A stretch of DNA of 64,000 nucleotides, taken from positions 1,636 through 65,635 of the forward strand of contig CAOYAN010000006.1 in assembly GCA_948562205.1 (NCBI GenBank), written 5' to 3'. The DNA comes from an uncultured Clostridia bacterium. GTDB taxonomy: Bacteria > Bacillota > Clostridia > TANB77 > CAG-465. Below the pieces are notes generated by a model that was given only the letters and a program-made list of their open reading frames with translations, was not told where the DNA came from and ran no database searches. Every line of letters starts with the position of its first letter. The first letter of the stretch is position 1. Below are positions 9,782 through 19,923 of this stretch, one piece after another. A program made the position numbers and the translations under genes.

Positions 9782-10096
9782 AAAAAAATATCTATTTTCA
9801 ACTCTTAATTATAGTTATATCAATAATTTGCAAGAATTATATTTGCAAACTTGTTTTTTGACTATATTTAATGTAACATACAATACTTAAAATTACAAGG
9901 GTTAAATCAAAATAATATTTTCAAAAATTTGTTTTGTTCACTTGTATTTTATCTAATAATGTTGTATAGTTGTAGACATAGAAAATGAGAATAAGCGAAG
10001 TGTGTTGCCACCTTTGACAACTTAGTATTTACAAAAACCTCCACAACTTAGTTTGTGAGATTGAATATAGGAGGTGGTTAATATGGTAGAATCAGC

Positions 10097-10186
10097 ATTA
10101 ATAAAGTAATATTATAAATACTACTATTGCTAATGTTCCAAATACTAACTCTACTATTGAACTAATTAAACTCAATTTACTTTTCA
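10097..10186 (-). CDS. 29-aa small hydrophobic peptide
   Basis: GAGGT RBS then ATG at 10186. Peptide MKSKLSLISSIVELVFGTLAIVVFIILLY. It sits immediately downstream of the Cys-rich gene and is below the track cutoff. Confidence 0.35.
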
Positions 10187-10214
10187 TATTTACCTCATTC
10201 CTAAATTGTAAGCT

Positions 10215-10583
10215 TTATTTTTCTTTTTTATAAATACTTTCACAATATTTACAAGTAATTCTCATTTCATAGCTAGTTACTTTTTTATCTAATATTGTAA
10301 TTAAAGGCTCACTATCTTTTGGACAACAAAATCTATTTTTTATAATAATTAGTTCATCATTACAATTTTGACCTACCTTACTATCTTCAAAATCTAGTAT
10401 TGCACTACCTTGATTTCCACAATTACATTTATATTTTAATTCTAATCTATCATAAGTTGAATAACATAAATAGCCTATATTTTCATTGCATTTATCACAA
10501 TACATCCACCCACCATAATTAGTCGCTAATCTTGTATTTACTAATTCTTTATTTTTTAATACTCTTGCCATAGCTTTATCCAT
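10215..10583 (-). CDS. Cys-rich (multi CxxC, zinc-ribbon-like) hypothetical protein, 122 aa
   Basis: CDKC...CNC...CC...CKYC spacing suggests zinc ribbons. No family recognised. Confidence 0.6.
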   Translation of the reverse strand: MDKAMARVLKNKELVNTRLATNYGGWMYCDKCNENIGYLCYSTYDRLELKYKCNCGNQGSAILDFEDSKVGQNCNDELIIIKNRFCCPKDSEPLITILDKKVTSYEMRITCKYCESIYKKEK

Positions 10584-10603
10584 CCCTTAAAATTATAGCT
10601 TTA

Positions 10604-10747
10604 CTATTTTGCAATGAATCTATAAATAGCATAAACTAGCCATATAATCCAAGAATATGCCCAAGCCTTAAATACAATACTTACTGTTAAATATACAATA
10701 GCAACTATTATTGCTATTATCCAATTCATTATTTTTTTCTTATCCAT
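10604..10747 (-). CDS. 47-aa small membrane protein
   Basis: GAGGAGGT RBS then ATG at 10747. Peptide MDKKKIMNWIIAIIVAIVYLTVSIVFKAWAYSWIIWLVYAIYRFIAK, with two hydrophobic helices. Below the track cutoff. Confidence 0.45.
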   Translation of the reverse strand: MDKKKIMNWIIAIIVAIVYLTVSIVFKAWAYSWIIWLVYAIYRFIAK

Positions 10748-10787
10748 TATTTTATACCTCCTCGATAAATTGTAATTTATTATTATT

Positions 10788-11312
10788 CTAATTTAGAATT
10801 TTAAATTTATTTTTAACTAATTTATATAATATAAATCCTATTATACCACCAATAACGTTGGTAATTAAATCAGTAACATCACAACTTCTATAATGAAGTA
10901 AGAACACTGTCATTATCAACTGAATCATTTCTATTACAAAACTTAATAAAAGTGTTGATATTATAACTCTAATTATGCTAATATTCTTTTTTAAACTTGA
11001 AAGTAAAAAACCAAAAGGTATGGTCATTATTATATTCAAAATTACTTGTTTTAACGCTCCAGAATATCCTGAAATCAAATCATTAAATGGTTTTATATGC
11101 ACATAAGTAAAATTGATTGAACTATGATATTTCCACTTTGGGTCTAAAGTAAAATCAATTGGTAAAATTGTTACACACAATACTAAAAATAAATATATAT
11201 ACATAATAGAAAACTTAAGAATAAATTTCTTTTCTTTTTTCTTCAAATATGTTTGATATATAATACAATATATCAATGCAATTATTATAAAACTTTGTAT
11301 ATATCCTAGCAT
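10788..11312 (-). CDS. VanZ-like family membrane protein
   Basis: Multi-TM protein ending in CDVTDLITNVIGGIIGFILY, a VanZ-like signature. The likely start is MLGYIQ at 11312 after GGAGGT. Confidence 0.65.
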   Translation of the reverse strand: MLGYIQSFIIIALIYCIIYQTYLKKKEKKFILKFSIMYIYLFLVLCVTILPIDFTLDPKWKYHSSINFTYVHIKPFNDLISGYSGALKQVILNIIMTIPFGFLLSSLKKNISIIRVIISTLLLSFVIEMIQLIMTVFLLHYRSCDVTDLITNVIGGIIGFILYKLVKNKFKILN

Positions 11313-11366
11313 TTTTATACCTCCAATTAACTTACAAATTACTATAAATCTTTCAAACTGCAAAAT

Positions 11367-12162
11367 TTATGAATTATAAAATTCTAAATATTTTTCTAAA
11401 TTCGATATTATATATGCTCCATTATGGTGTCCTTCATAAATATGGTTTTGTGATACTATTTGCTTTTTATCTAATATATCTTGCAAAATCTTGCATCCCT
11501 CATAAAAGTGTCCTTCATCTTCATTTCCTGCATCTAAATATACTTTAATATCTTTTGAAATTTCATTATTTTTAGCAACAGTTATAGGGTCATATTTTTC
11601 CCATACTGACATATCTTCAAAATATGGTGTATCTTCTTTCTCTAAAGTTAGTTCTATTGCAGGCATGTGTCCTCCAACTTTGCTAAACATATCTTGATGT
11701 CTAAATGAATTATGAAGTGCTGCATATCCACCTGCTGAAATACCGCCTATATATCTACCTTCCTTTGTTTTTATTGTATTAAATTCTTTATCAATTAAAG
11801 GTATAACTTCTTTTATAAAATAATCTTCATACATTCCAATATTTATAACAATTCCACTATTTCCTGGGCTTAATACATCTTTGCTTATTGCAGATGAGTT
11901 TATGCCCCTACTGTTTCCGATTCTAGGGCAAACAATTATTAGTGGTTTTATTTTTCCGTTTTTCTATCATTTCATCTGCTTTTACATTTATATTCAAGTC
12001 ATACATAATGCTTTCATTGCCACTTCTACCGTGAAGAAAATATAATACTGGTAGTGGATTTCCATTTTCTTCATATTCTTTTGGCAAATACACATTTATT
12101 CCCATTTCTTTATCTAGTATATTACTATGAAAATTTATATTCTTAATATTAGATTCACTCAT
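11367..12162 (-). pseudogene. Putative esterase (alpha/beta hydrolase, esterase-D/enterochelin-esterase-like) split by a +1 frameshift
   Basis: Track ORFs 11923-12162 (..PLPVLYFLHGRSGNE..) and 11367-11834 (..IGGISAGGYAAL..). Removing one A from the minus-strand A5 run (plus T5 at 11951-11955) reads EKRKIKPLIIVCPRIGNSRG and joins the halves. Confidence 0.65.
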
Positions 12163-12249
12163 TTTATCATTCTCCTATTGTTATTTTACAAAATGATTAT
12201 AATATAAAAACAGATAATTTTCAACAAATCATCTGCTTAATATTGAATA

Positions 12250-12669
12250 TTATCTTAATAATGCGATACTTCCTGTTAATTTATTTACTTGTTTCTTTGT
12301 TCCATATATCGCTATTCCAAAATAGTTTATATTATTAGAATCTGCTTTACTAATTTTCTGTATATACTCATCATAGGTTTTACAACTTTGAGCAACATCA
12401 GAAAAATCTGCAACTATCATATCTTTATATTCTTCTTTATATAAAGTATCTCGCAAATTATTTAACATTTCTTTATTTCCTTTTAATATCGGAATTGGTA
12501 TTTCTATTATTCCTAAATGTTCATTTTCATTTTTATCTACTACATCTTTTCCAACTACATTTGGATAATGACTTCCTAATGTATTTCCTAATATTGCAGT
12601 TGTATTAGCAATTATTCCAAGTGGTAAGTTTTCATCAACCACCATAACACATTTTCTTTCTTCATTCAT
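12250..12669 (-). CDS. DUF2000-like protein
   Basis: The likely start is MNEERKCVMVVDENLPLGIIANTTAILG at 12669. The track ORF extends artificially into the AraC gene. There is an 8-nt overlap with the upstream gene. Confidence 0.55.
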   Translation of the reverse strand: MNEERKCVMVVDENLPLGIIANTTAILGNTLGSHYPNVVGKDVVDKNENEHLGIIEIPIPILKGNKEMLNNLRDTLYKEEYKDMIVADFSDVAQSCKTYDEYIQKISKADSNNINYFGIAIYGTKKQVNKLTGSIALLR

Positions 12670-13489
12670 TTTTGTTAGTCCTTTCTTCAAATATAATTTG
12701 ATACTGTTTAGGTGTAATTCCAATAGTTTCCTTAAATAAATTTGTAAAATGACTTTGATCCGAAAACCCACATTGTATAGATATATCTATTATAGAATTA
12801 TTTTGTTGTAACATATTTTTCGCTTGATTTATTCTGTATAATTCTAAATACTTATAAGGTGTTATTCCTTTTTCTTTTGTGAATAGTCTTATTAAATGAT
12901 ATTTACTAATAGCTCCAACTTTTGCTAATTTATCTAATGTTATATTGCTTGTATAATTATTTTCTATATATTCGCAGACTTCTTTTGTTTTTAGCATTAT
13001 ATCTTCATCAATAGTTTTGAAATCAGCATAATTTTCTAGCAATTCTTTTAAAATCATATAAAACAATTCTTCTTTTTCTAATGTTTTTATATTAGACACT
13101 ATTAGATTACTTAAAAATTCAATTTCTTTAAATAGACTGTCATCACATATCACATTTTTGTTAAAAATAGCAATATTTTTTGATTTAAAAATTTCATTTA
13201 CTAAATTATTCATTATTTTTTTTGAAATATGAATTGCACTATAATCTAAACTTTCTTCATCTACATCTACACATTCGTGATAGTCATTTGGATTTATAAG
13301 TAAGATATTATTTTTTTGAATATTATAATTAGTTGAATTGCAAACAAGTTTTCTATTTCCTTTTCTTATAATTCCAATTACATAATAATCATGAAAATGT
13401 TTAGTAAATGGCTGATGAATACCATTAAAAGTAATAGTTTCTATTTCTAGTTCTTCATCATATACAATTCTTCGTTCTTCCTTTATCAT
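12662..13489 (-). CDS. AraC family transcriptional regulator (cupin-like N domain plus HTH)
   Basis: C-terminal dual HTH ..ISKYHLIRLFTKEKGITPYKYL...GFSDQSHFTNLFKETIGITPKQY. Confidence 0.85.
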   Translation of the reverse strand: MIKEERRIVYDEELEIETITFNGIHQPFTKHFHDYYVIGIIRKGNRKLVCNSTNYNIQKNNILLINPNDYHECVDVDEESLDYSAIHISKKIMNNLVNEIFKSKNIAIFNKNVICDDSLFKEIEFLSNLIVSNIKTLEKEELFYMILKELLENYADFKTIDEDIMLKTKEVCEYIENNYTSNITLDKLAKVGAISKYHLIRLFTKEKGITPYKYLELYRINQAKNMLQQNNSIIDISIQCGFSDQSHFTNLFKETIGITPKQYQIIFEERTNKNE

Positions 13490-13621
13490 TTAATCAATCC
13501 CTCACAGTTCTACATAACAATATCACTTTTTTATCAATATTTCTTGTAAAAAATTGCTTAAAATAAGATTAGTTATATTTCAAACTAATCTTTATAATAA
13601 CATATAATTTTTTGCTATATT

Positions 13622-14044
13622 TTATTTTTCAATATCTTTAAGGAAAAATCTCAAAGACATAGTTGTTATAGCAAGTTTGTATTTATCTTCAACAGAAATT
13701 TTACTTTTCTTTAATGATAAAAATTTGTCTATTTCTTTTATATCCACTCCTGACATTTTTGAAATTGTCTTTTTTGATATATTATGATAAGACAGTAATA
13801 CCTTTAAAAAGGCATCTAATTTAAAATCTTTTTCATCTATTGCACTACAATAAAGAAAACTTATTTTATTAAATAGATTAAATCTATATTCATTATCATT
13901 TGGTAGAAAGTTCACATCTCCATTTGCTAATAGATTTATCTGATTATCATCTAATTTTAAATATTTAGACAATGTTTCTATATTAAAATCATAATCTTCA
14001 ATTAGACACTTTAATTGTTCTGTTATATCAATATTTTTATTCAC
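13622..14044 (-). CDS. Hypothetical protein, 140 aa
   Basis: ORF with good coding appearance. Two short HTH-like segments. No family recognised. Confidence 0.5.
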   Translation of the reverse strand: MNKNIDITEQLKCLIEDYDFNIETLSKYLKLDDNQINLLANGDVNFLPNDNEYRFNLFNKISFLYCSAIDEKDFKLDAFLKVLLSYHNISKKTISKMSGVDIKEIDKFLSLKKSKISVEDKYKLAITTMSLRFFLKDIEK

Positions 14045-14088
14045 TTTTAACTCCTTATAAAATTGTAAATTGTTTCTTTACACATTCG

Positions 14089-14643
14089 CTACTTCATTGC
14101 ATTAGGAATGTATTTTGATGGTTTTGCAATAAATAACAAATATGTTCCACATATCAATTTAACTGTCGCATCTGCAATGCAAATAACTGAAACTGGTATA
14201 CTTGGAAACATATAACCTATTGTTACGATAATTATACATACACTTCCTAGCACTATCATACTCCAACCATGTATAAAGAACCACAAGAAGAAATGTATTG
14301 ATGTTGCCATCAGCACACCCAACCATATCTGTCTCCAATGCCATCCAGGGATAAATGGACCAGCAATACAAAACATCAATATGAATAATGCAGCAATCGA
14401 AAAATAAATCATATTTATCTGCTTTTTAGAGATATTTCCCTGAGAAAGTTTTTCTCTGACTCTTTTGTTTACATTGACTCCAAAGAAGCAAGCATAATAG
14501 CCTATCAAAAACACAAACGGATTAACAAAAAACTTACCTCCACAAATGATAGATATTATTAATACAATTCCAATAAGAATCAACCATAAACCACATTGTT
14601 TTTTGTGATTAAACTCCAATATTTCTTTCTTTAAATTAAACAT
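14089..14643 (-). CDS. Hypothetical integral membrane protein, 184 aa
   Basis: About 5-6 hydrophobic helices. No family recognised. Confidence 0.55.
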   Translation of the reverse strand: MFNLKKEILEFNHKKQCGLWLILIGIVLIISIICGGKFFVNPFVFLIGYYACFFGVNVNKRVREKLSQGNISKKQINMIYFSIAALFILMFCIAGPFIPGWHWRQIWLGVLMATSIHFFLWFFIHGWSMIVLGSVCIIIVTIGYMFPSIPVSVICIADATVKLICGTYLLFIAKPSKYIPNAMK

Positions 14644-14759
14644 AATTCAATTCTCCATTCCAAACAATAAATTATTATATTGTATTTTGATTCTACCATA
14701 AAGATAAATAAAATTCAACTAATCATTTGCCTTTCTAACTTCATATCTTAAACTTTCAT

Positions 14760-15439
14760 TTACATATATTTTTCTACTTTTTCTATAAATTCATCCATCC
14801 TATTATTTTTTAAAATAGAATGAGAACAATCTTTCCCTGAAAAATCATGATGTGTTTTTAAATCATAAATTGTAAGATTATATTCCTTTAATAAATAAGC
14901 GACTAATTTTGCAGCATTATTAAATGTTTTTTCAAAGTTTCCACCACTATTAACACACAATTTAATTCCTATTCCATATAAGTTACCTATTTCGTTAGCA
15001 GCATGATATGCTACTTCATTATCTGGTATATGATGATATACTTCTTTATCATCAACAGTATAATACCAAGATGTAGAATCCATATTGTTTTCAATCAAAA
15101 ATTGTGCATGATTTTTTGCTCCTGTAGTTTTATCAAAATTATCTGTTTCATGTATTACAATATATCTTATCCTTCGTTTTGTACCTGGTCTTGCTTTTGT
15201 ATTACTTTCAATTAGTTCTGTATGTACTGGAATTCCAAAGACATCAGTTAAAAAACTAGATTTCTCTGTTATTTCTTTATATCTGCTAATGTAATTTCAT
15301 TTTCATCTCTACTATTTTCTTGACATATTGTTTCTTGTTCTTTTTTAGAAAAACTTTTTATTAAACAAAAAATTATGGATATTATAAGTAAAATTACAAT
15401 TAATTTTCTTATATTACTTCTTCTTTCTTTTTTATTCAT
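14760..15439 (-). pseudogene. N-acetylmuramoyl-L-alanine amidase (amidase_2/PGRP type), frameshifted between membrane anchor and catalytic domain
   Basis: Frame A from ATG 15439: MNKKERRSNIRKLIVILLIISIIFCLI..DENEITLADIKK*. Frame B continues ..ISRYKEITEKSSF..RRIRYIVIHETDNFDKTTGAKNHAQFLIENNMDSTSWYYTVDD.. into track ORF 14760-15098. The shift lies within 15272-15297. Frame B has no start codon upstream of the zinc-ligand His region. Confidence 0.6.
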
Positions 15440-15467
15440 TTATTAACTCATCTCTCACTTCGTATTT

Positions 15468-17747
15468 TTATGTAAAAGTATATGAAAATAAAGGATATAA
15501 TGAAAAATACTTCATAAAATCAAATCCTAATATAGTCAAAACTAATGGTACACATAGTATTAAAATTCCTAAAAAAATCGCTTGAATATTATTTTTTCTC
15601 CATCCCGAAAACACTAATACAACCATAGCCATAATTACTGAAATTAGTATTTGCAATAATATTTTTAGTAATATAAACAATAGTATATTCAAATTAAAAG
15701 GCAAGTTTTGGTACACAGGAATATTTTGCACTGATGAGGATAAACAGTGAAGTGGAAATACTTTAGAAATGCTTACCCCTCTGCATATAAATGGTAAAAT
15801 AGAAAATAATATAACTAAAACTATACATACCACTATCTTTGATTTTAGAACTCCTCTTTTTCCTTTTTTCGTAGCTTTTAATAATTTCCAAGTTTCATTC
15901 TGATATTCCATAGAAAAAAAGTTACTAAATACCAGTATTATTCCAAGTGTAAGCAATAAGAAGTCATTTATGATTCCATCTTCCATAATTCCAAATAAAT
16001 ATAAATAGCCTGTATCATAGATATATTTTCCACCATTTTCACACACATACTTATATTGCTTCTCTACTTTTTGAAATGCAGGATAAAATGATGTAACACT
16101 ATACCATTTTACCTTCATCTTTTCCCCTGTTTCACTATTAATTTCTCCCTTACTTACTAGTTCATCTATCTTTTCTATTTCTCCAAAAGCTTCTTCATAT
16201 CTAGCTTTTTCTTTTTCAATTATTTCAATCTTTTCATCTGTTTGTTCTCCTTCTAATTTTAGCATAATGTTTTGATAATACTGTTCTTGAACAGATGGAT
16301 GATAAGAATGATTTAATTCATTAAAACCAATTAATATACTAAATAGCAAAATAATGATAAGTCCATGATTGGTAATAAGGGTTTTATACATTTCGTGTCT
16401 TAATAGATTTGAATGTGGTTTAAATTTTAGCCCTATCATTCGTGATTTTTTTTGCTTTAATTGTAAGTTCTTTCCTTTTAAGAAAAATCTATAACATAAA
16501 ACTATTCCTACAAGCATTAATATGGCTATCATAAGCCATGACAAGATAATACGAGAAATTGGATAGCCAAAAAAGTTTAAGTTCAAATATGTACCATACA
16601 TACTCTCTGTTCTAAATAATCCAAATAAGTTCAAGTGTTTTAATATTTCAAATTTAGAAACATTTGGAATAATTGTATATAAAATCCAACTTACCACTAA
16701 TGATATTATTCCATATAGATATGGCAATAACATACTATCGGAAAGTATACAAAATGCTGTTATAACAGCACAAAATCCAAAAAGGATAAAACTTTTTGTT
16801 ATAATAGAAATAAGTATATATTCCAAAATGCTAATAGATAAATTACTTCCAATATAAGGGCTAATTGATTGAAGTTTTATACTAATATCACTAAAACCTG
16901 TAGATATTCCAAAGAACATATAATTTGATAATAAGAATATAACTTCAAACAAGCTACAACTAATAAAAAGTGCAATCATTTTAGCAATGATACTATGACT
17001 TATTCCATATTTAGTACTACGAGTTATATAAAAAAGTCCTTTTTCCTTTTCTTCAGTTATTAAACTTCCTATAAATAAAAATGCTAATAATATTACAAAA
17101 ATATCAGTCCATATATTTTCCATTGTAGATGTAATCATTTTAGAAGGAATATAGCATATTCCATTATTATCAAGTTTTTCATAGTCTGATGTACTCTTTT
17201 TTATATTACGAGAAGAAAAATCGTTTTCATTTCCGTTTTGATTTTTAAATACAGAAATTCCATCAAGTGCATTTTCTTTTTCTCTTATTTCTTTTAAATA
17301 TAAATCGTAGTTTGAAACTTTTGTATATTCATCATATACTTCATTTATAAATTTTTGTTCTTTTTCAAACGAATTTGTAAAATGTATATAGTTTCCTGAC
17401 TTATATAAATCATAATAAGTTTCAAAAAGTTTTGGTTGTTCTTGCATTTCTTGCTTTGCAAATTCTGCTCCCATTTCAGTATTTTGAATTGAAATAATAT
17501 TCATAACAAAAGAAACACCATCAATATCTCTTTTTAAATTTTCGATATATTCACCTTTTTGAGATTCATCCATATTTGCTATCTCTTCTCCAAATTTTTT
17601 ATAGGATGAAAGAGCTATTCTATCCTCATTTTCAATATTTGTATACCAAAGGAAAAATATATTTATCATAAGCAATAAACAAATACTAAAAATAAAACTT
17701 CGCTTGCACCATATTTTTTTTAGTTCAAAATAAATAAGCCTAAACAT
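15468..17747 (-). CDS. ABC-2 type transporter permease, 759 aa, two multi-TM halves
   Basis: Two blocks of TM helices separated by soluble segments. Immediately follows the ABC ATPase. Confidence 0.7.
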   Translation of the reverse strand: MFRLIYFELKKIWCKRSFIFSICLLLMINIFFLWYTNIENEDRIALSSYKKFGEEIANMDESQKGEYIENLKRDIDGVSFVMNIISIQNTEMGAEFAKQEMQEQPKLFETYYDLYKSGNYIHFTNSFEKEQKFINEVYDEYTKVSNYDLYLKEIREKENALDGISVFKNQNGNENDFSSRNIKKSTSDYEKLDNNGICYIPSKMITSTMENIWTDIFVILLAFLFIGSLITEEKEKGLFYITRSTKYGISHSIIAKMIALFISCSLFEVIFLLSNYMFFGISTGFSDISIKLQSISPYIGSNLSISILEYILISIITKSFILFGFCAVITAFCILSDSMLLPYLYGIISLVVSWILYTIIPNVSKFEILKHLNLFGLFRTESMYGTYLNLNFFGYPISRIILSWLMIAILMLVGIVLCYRFFLKGKNLQLKQKKSRMIGLKFKPHSNLLRHEMYKTLITNHGLIIILLFSILIGFNELNHSYHPSVQEQYYQNIMLKLEGEQTDEKIEIIEKEKARYEEAFGEIEKIDELVSKGEINSETGEKMKVKWYSVTSFYPAFQKVEKQYKYVCENGGKYIYDTGYLYLFGIMEDGIINDFLLLTLGIILVFSNFFSMEYQNETWKLLKATKKGKRGVLKSKIVVCIVLVILFSILPFICRGVSISKVFPLHCLSSSVQNIPVYQNLPFNLNILLFILLKILLQILISVIMAMVVLVFSGWRKNNIQAIFLGILILCVPLVLTILGFDFMKYFSLYPLFSYTFT

Positions 17748-17750
17748 AAA

Positions 17751-18464
17751 TTATTCCTCCCCAAATATTTTCATATATACATCTTCTAAATTAGTAGCAT
17801 TATATTTATCACAAAGTACATTTACATTTGCATAATCAATTATTTTTCCAGTTTTAATTAATATTATTTTTTTAGCAATAGATTCAATATCTGAAACAAC
17901 ATGAGTTGATACTAGAATAATCTTATCTTTTGAAAGTTCTGCTATTCTTTCTCTTATTCTTACTCTTTCTTTTGGATCAAGTCCTGCTGTAGGTTCATCT
18001 AATATAACCAATTTAGGATTTCCAATAATTGCTTGTGCTATTAAAATTCTTTGTTTCATTCCACCTGAATATGTACCAATTTTTTGATTTGATTTTTCTA
18101 CCATGTTCACATATAGTAGAACTCTATTTATTTCATCTTCCATACTACTTTGGGAAATTCCTTTTAAAGTCGCTATATATGAAAGAAATCTTCTTCCTGA
18201 AAAAGTTTCATACATTCCCTGTTGTTGTGGAGCATACCCTAGCAAACTCCTATAATTACTTCCTAGTTCTTTGACTTCTTTTCCATCCCATTTTATAGTC
18301 CCCTCTGTAGGTTCAAGATTTCCAGTTATGATATTCATTAATGTTGATTTTCCTGCACCATTTGGACCAAGAAGCCCATAAATTCCATTGTCTAGTTTTA
18401 AAGAAACATCATTTAAAGCAATTTTTTCTTTATATTTTTTAGAAATATTACAAAGTTCAAGCAT
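17751..18464 (-). CDS. ABC transporter ATP-binding protein
   Basis: Walker A GPNGAGKST, signature YSGGMKQR, Walker B LVILDEPT. Confidence 0.9.
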   Translation of the reverse strand: MLELCNISKKYKEKIALNDVSLKLDNGIYGLLGPNGAGKSTLMNIITGNLEPTEGTIKWDGKEVKELGSNYRSLLGYAPQQQGMYETFSGRRFLSYIATLKGISQSSMEDEINRVLLYVNMVEKSNQKIGTYSGGMKQRILIAQAIIGNPKLVILDEPTAGLDPKERVRIRERIAELSKDKIILVSTHVVSDIESIAKKIILIKTGKIIDYANVNVLCDKYNATNLEDVYMKIFGEE

Positions 18465-19852
18465 TATCTTCCCCCCTTATTAATTACATCAATAACATTA
18501 TTAATCATTTTTATTTCAGTAAAATTACGGTTTCCTTTATATAAATCTTCTTTGCTAATTAAACCACAATATTCTTTTTTAGTTTCATAAGAACCATCTT
18601 GATGATAATTTACATCTGAATCATAAACAACTAAAACTTGTGTTTTACTTTCTGCAATAATATCTAAAGTTCTTCCTACTGTTTTGTTTACAAGTTTTGA
18701 ATGAGAAATTTTACTTGTATTTTTATCAATAAAGTAAAGAGTTTTGTCATTAAAGCTATATTCATAACACATTATTTTATCTCCAATAATTCCATAAATA
18801 CCATTTTGAGATAATTTTACAAAAGAATTTTTTTCTCCTGTTTTTAAATCAATTTTTATAATTTCACCATCTCCCTCTTTAGAAAAATATAAGTATTTAT
18901 CATCTGTTACATAACTACGAGAATGTGCTGCAAATATACGATAGATTTCTTTACTTTCCCTATTTTCTACATTAATAGTTTTAAATACATCATAAGAATT
19001 TTTGTACACTTCAGTATCTTCACTATGTTTTTCTTCTTCTGAAACTTTTTTTCCAAAATCTATTCCATGTAAAATTAGATTTTTATCACTACATCCAATA
19101 ACGTCCCATTCAACATTATCATTAAAGTCCATAGAAAAAACTTTCTTTTCCTTTTTTGTTTTTACATCTAAATAAACTAAATTTTTCTCTGATGATGTTT
19201 GATAAGAATTACCATTAATGCTTTTTGCTGACACTTTTTTAGTAACAAAATAAAGCCCATTCTCATCTCCAACTACAAAATCTTCTACAGTAAGATTACT
19301 GTCAAATGTATAAATCTTTTCTCTATTTGTTCCATCTAAGTTTAAACAATATAATATGTTAGAGCTTCCTTCTACTTCAGAACTTGTACTTACTCCTAAA
19401 GCTACTACTCCATCTTGATCCTGCTGTTTACTTAAAATAAATATCTTATTATTCCATATAAAAAGTATAGATGAATCAGATGGAACTTCATTTTCTAAAA
19501 ATACAGATGAACAACTTTCTGTGTAATGATTACAACCAGAATTACTACATAAATAAATTTCTTGATGAGTAGCAAAGTCAATATACATCAAATGAGATAT
19601 TCTTTTACCATTTAATAATTTTTCTGTATCACTTTGAAAATAGTAATACCCATCATCTGTATTTGAAGTATTAGAAATTAAAGATAATTTACCTTTCATT
19701 TCTATTTCATCTGTTCCTTTTCCTGTTACCCCATCAAAATCTTTTGATACAATATCATCATTTGTTAAGTCTGTATTTTTTAATAATTTACCACCAAATA
19801 TTAATACCAAACCTATTCCAATGATTATCAATAAAATAATTAATTTTTTCAT
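18464..19852 (-). CDS. N-terminally anchored extracytoplasmic protein, 462 aa, beta-rich
   Basis: A single N-terminal TM (MKKLIILLIIIGIGLVLIF) then a Ser/Asp/Tyr-rich repeat-like sequence. Its stop overlaps the ABC ATPase start. Confidence 0.6.
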   Translation of the reverse strand: MKKLIILLIIIGIGLVLIFGGKLLKNTDLTNDDIVSKDFDGVTGKGTDEIEMKGKLSLISNTSNTDDGYYYFQSDTEKLLNGKRISHLMYIDFATHQEIYLCSNSGCNHYTESCSSVFLENEVPSDSSILFIWNNKIFILSKQQDQDGVVALGVSTSSEVEGSSNILYCLNLDGTNREKIYTFDSNLTVEDFVVGDENGLYFVTKKVSAKSINGNSYQTSSEKNLVYLDVKTKKEKKVFSMDFNDNVEWDVIGCSDKNLILHGIDFGKKVSEEEKHSEDTEVYKNSYDVFKTINVENRESKEIYRIFAAHSRSYVTDDKYLYFSKEGDGEIIKIDLKTGEKNSFVKLSQNGIYGIIGDKIMCYEYSFNDKTLYFIDKNTSKISHSKLVNKTVGRTLDIIAESKTQVLVVYDSDVNYHQDGSYETKKEYCGLISKEDLYKGNRNFTEIKMINNVIDVINKGGR

Positions 19853-19923
19853 AAAAAATGACCTCCTTAAATTGCCATAAATGGCTTATAAGAAAATCAT
19901 ATATAATAAAAGTCAAAAATCGG

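Noticed and set aside
12670-12771. Upstream extension of the DUF2000 ORF in the track (MGFRIKVILQIYLRK..)
   Set aside because: It overlaps the 3' end of the AraC gene in another frame. The internal Met at 12669 gives the usual 8-nt overlap and a family-typical N-terminus.
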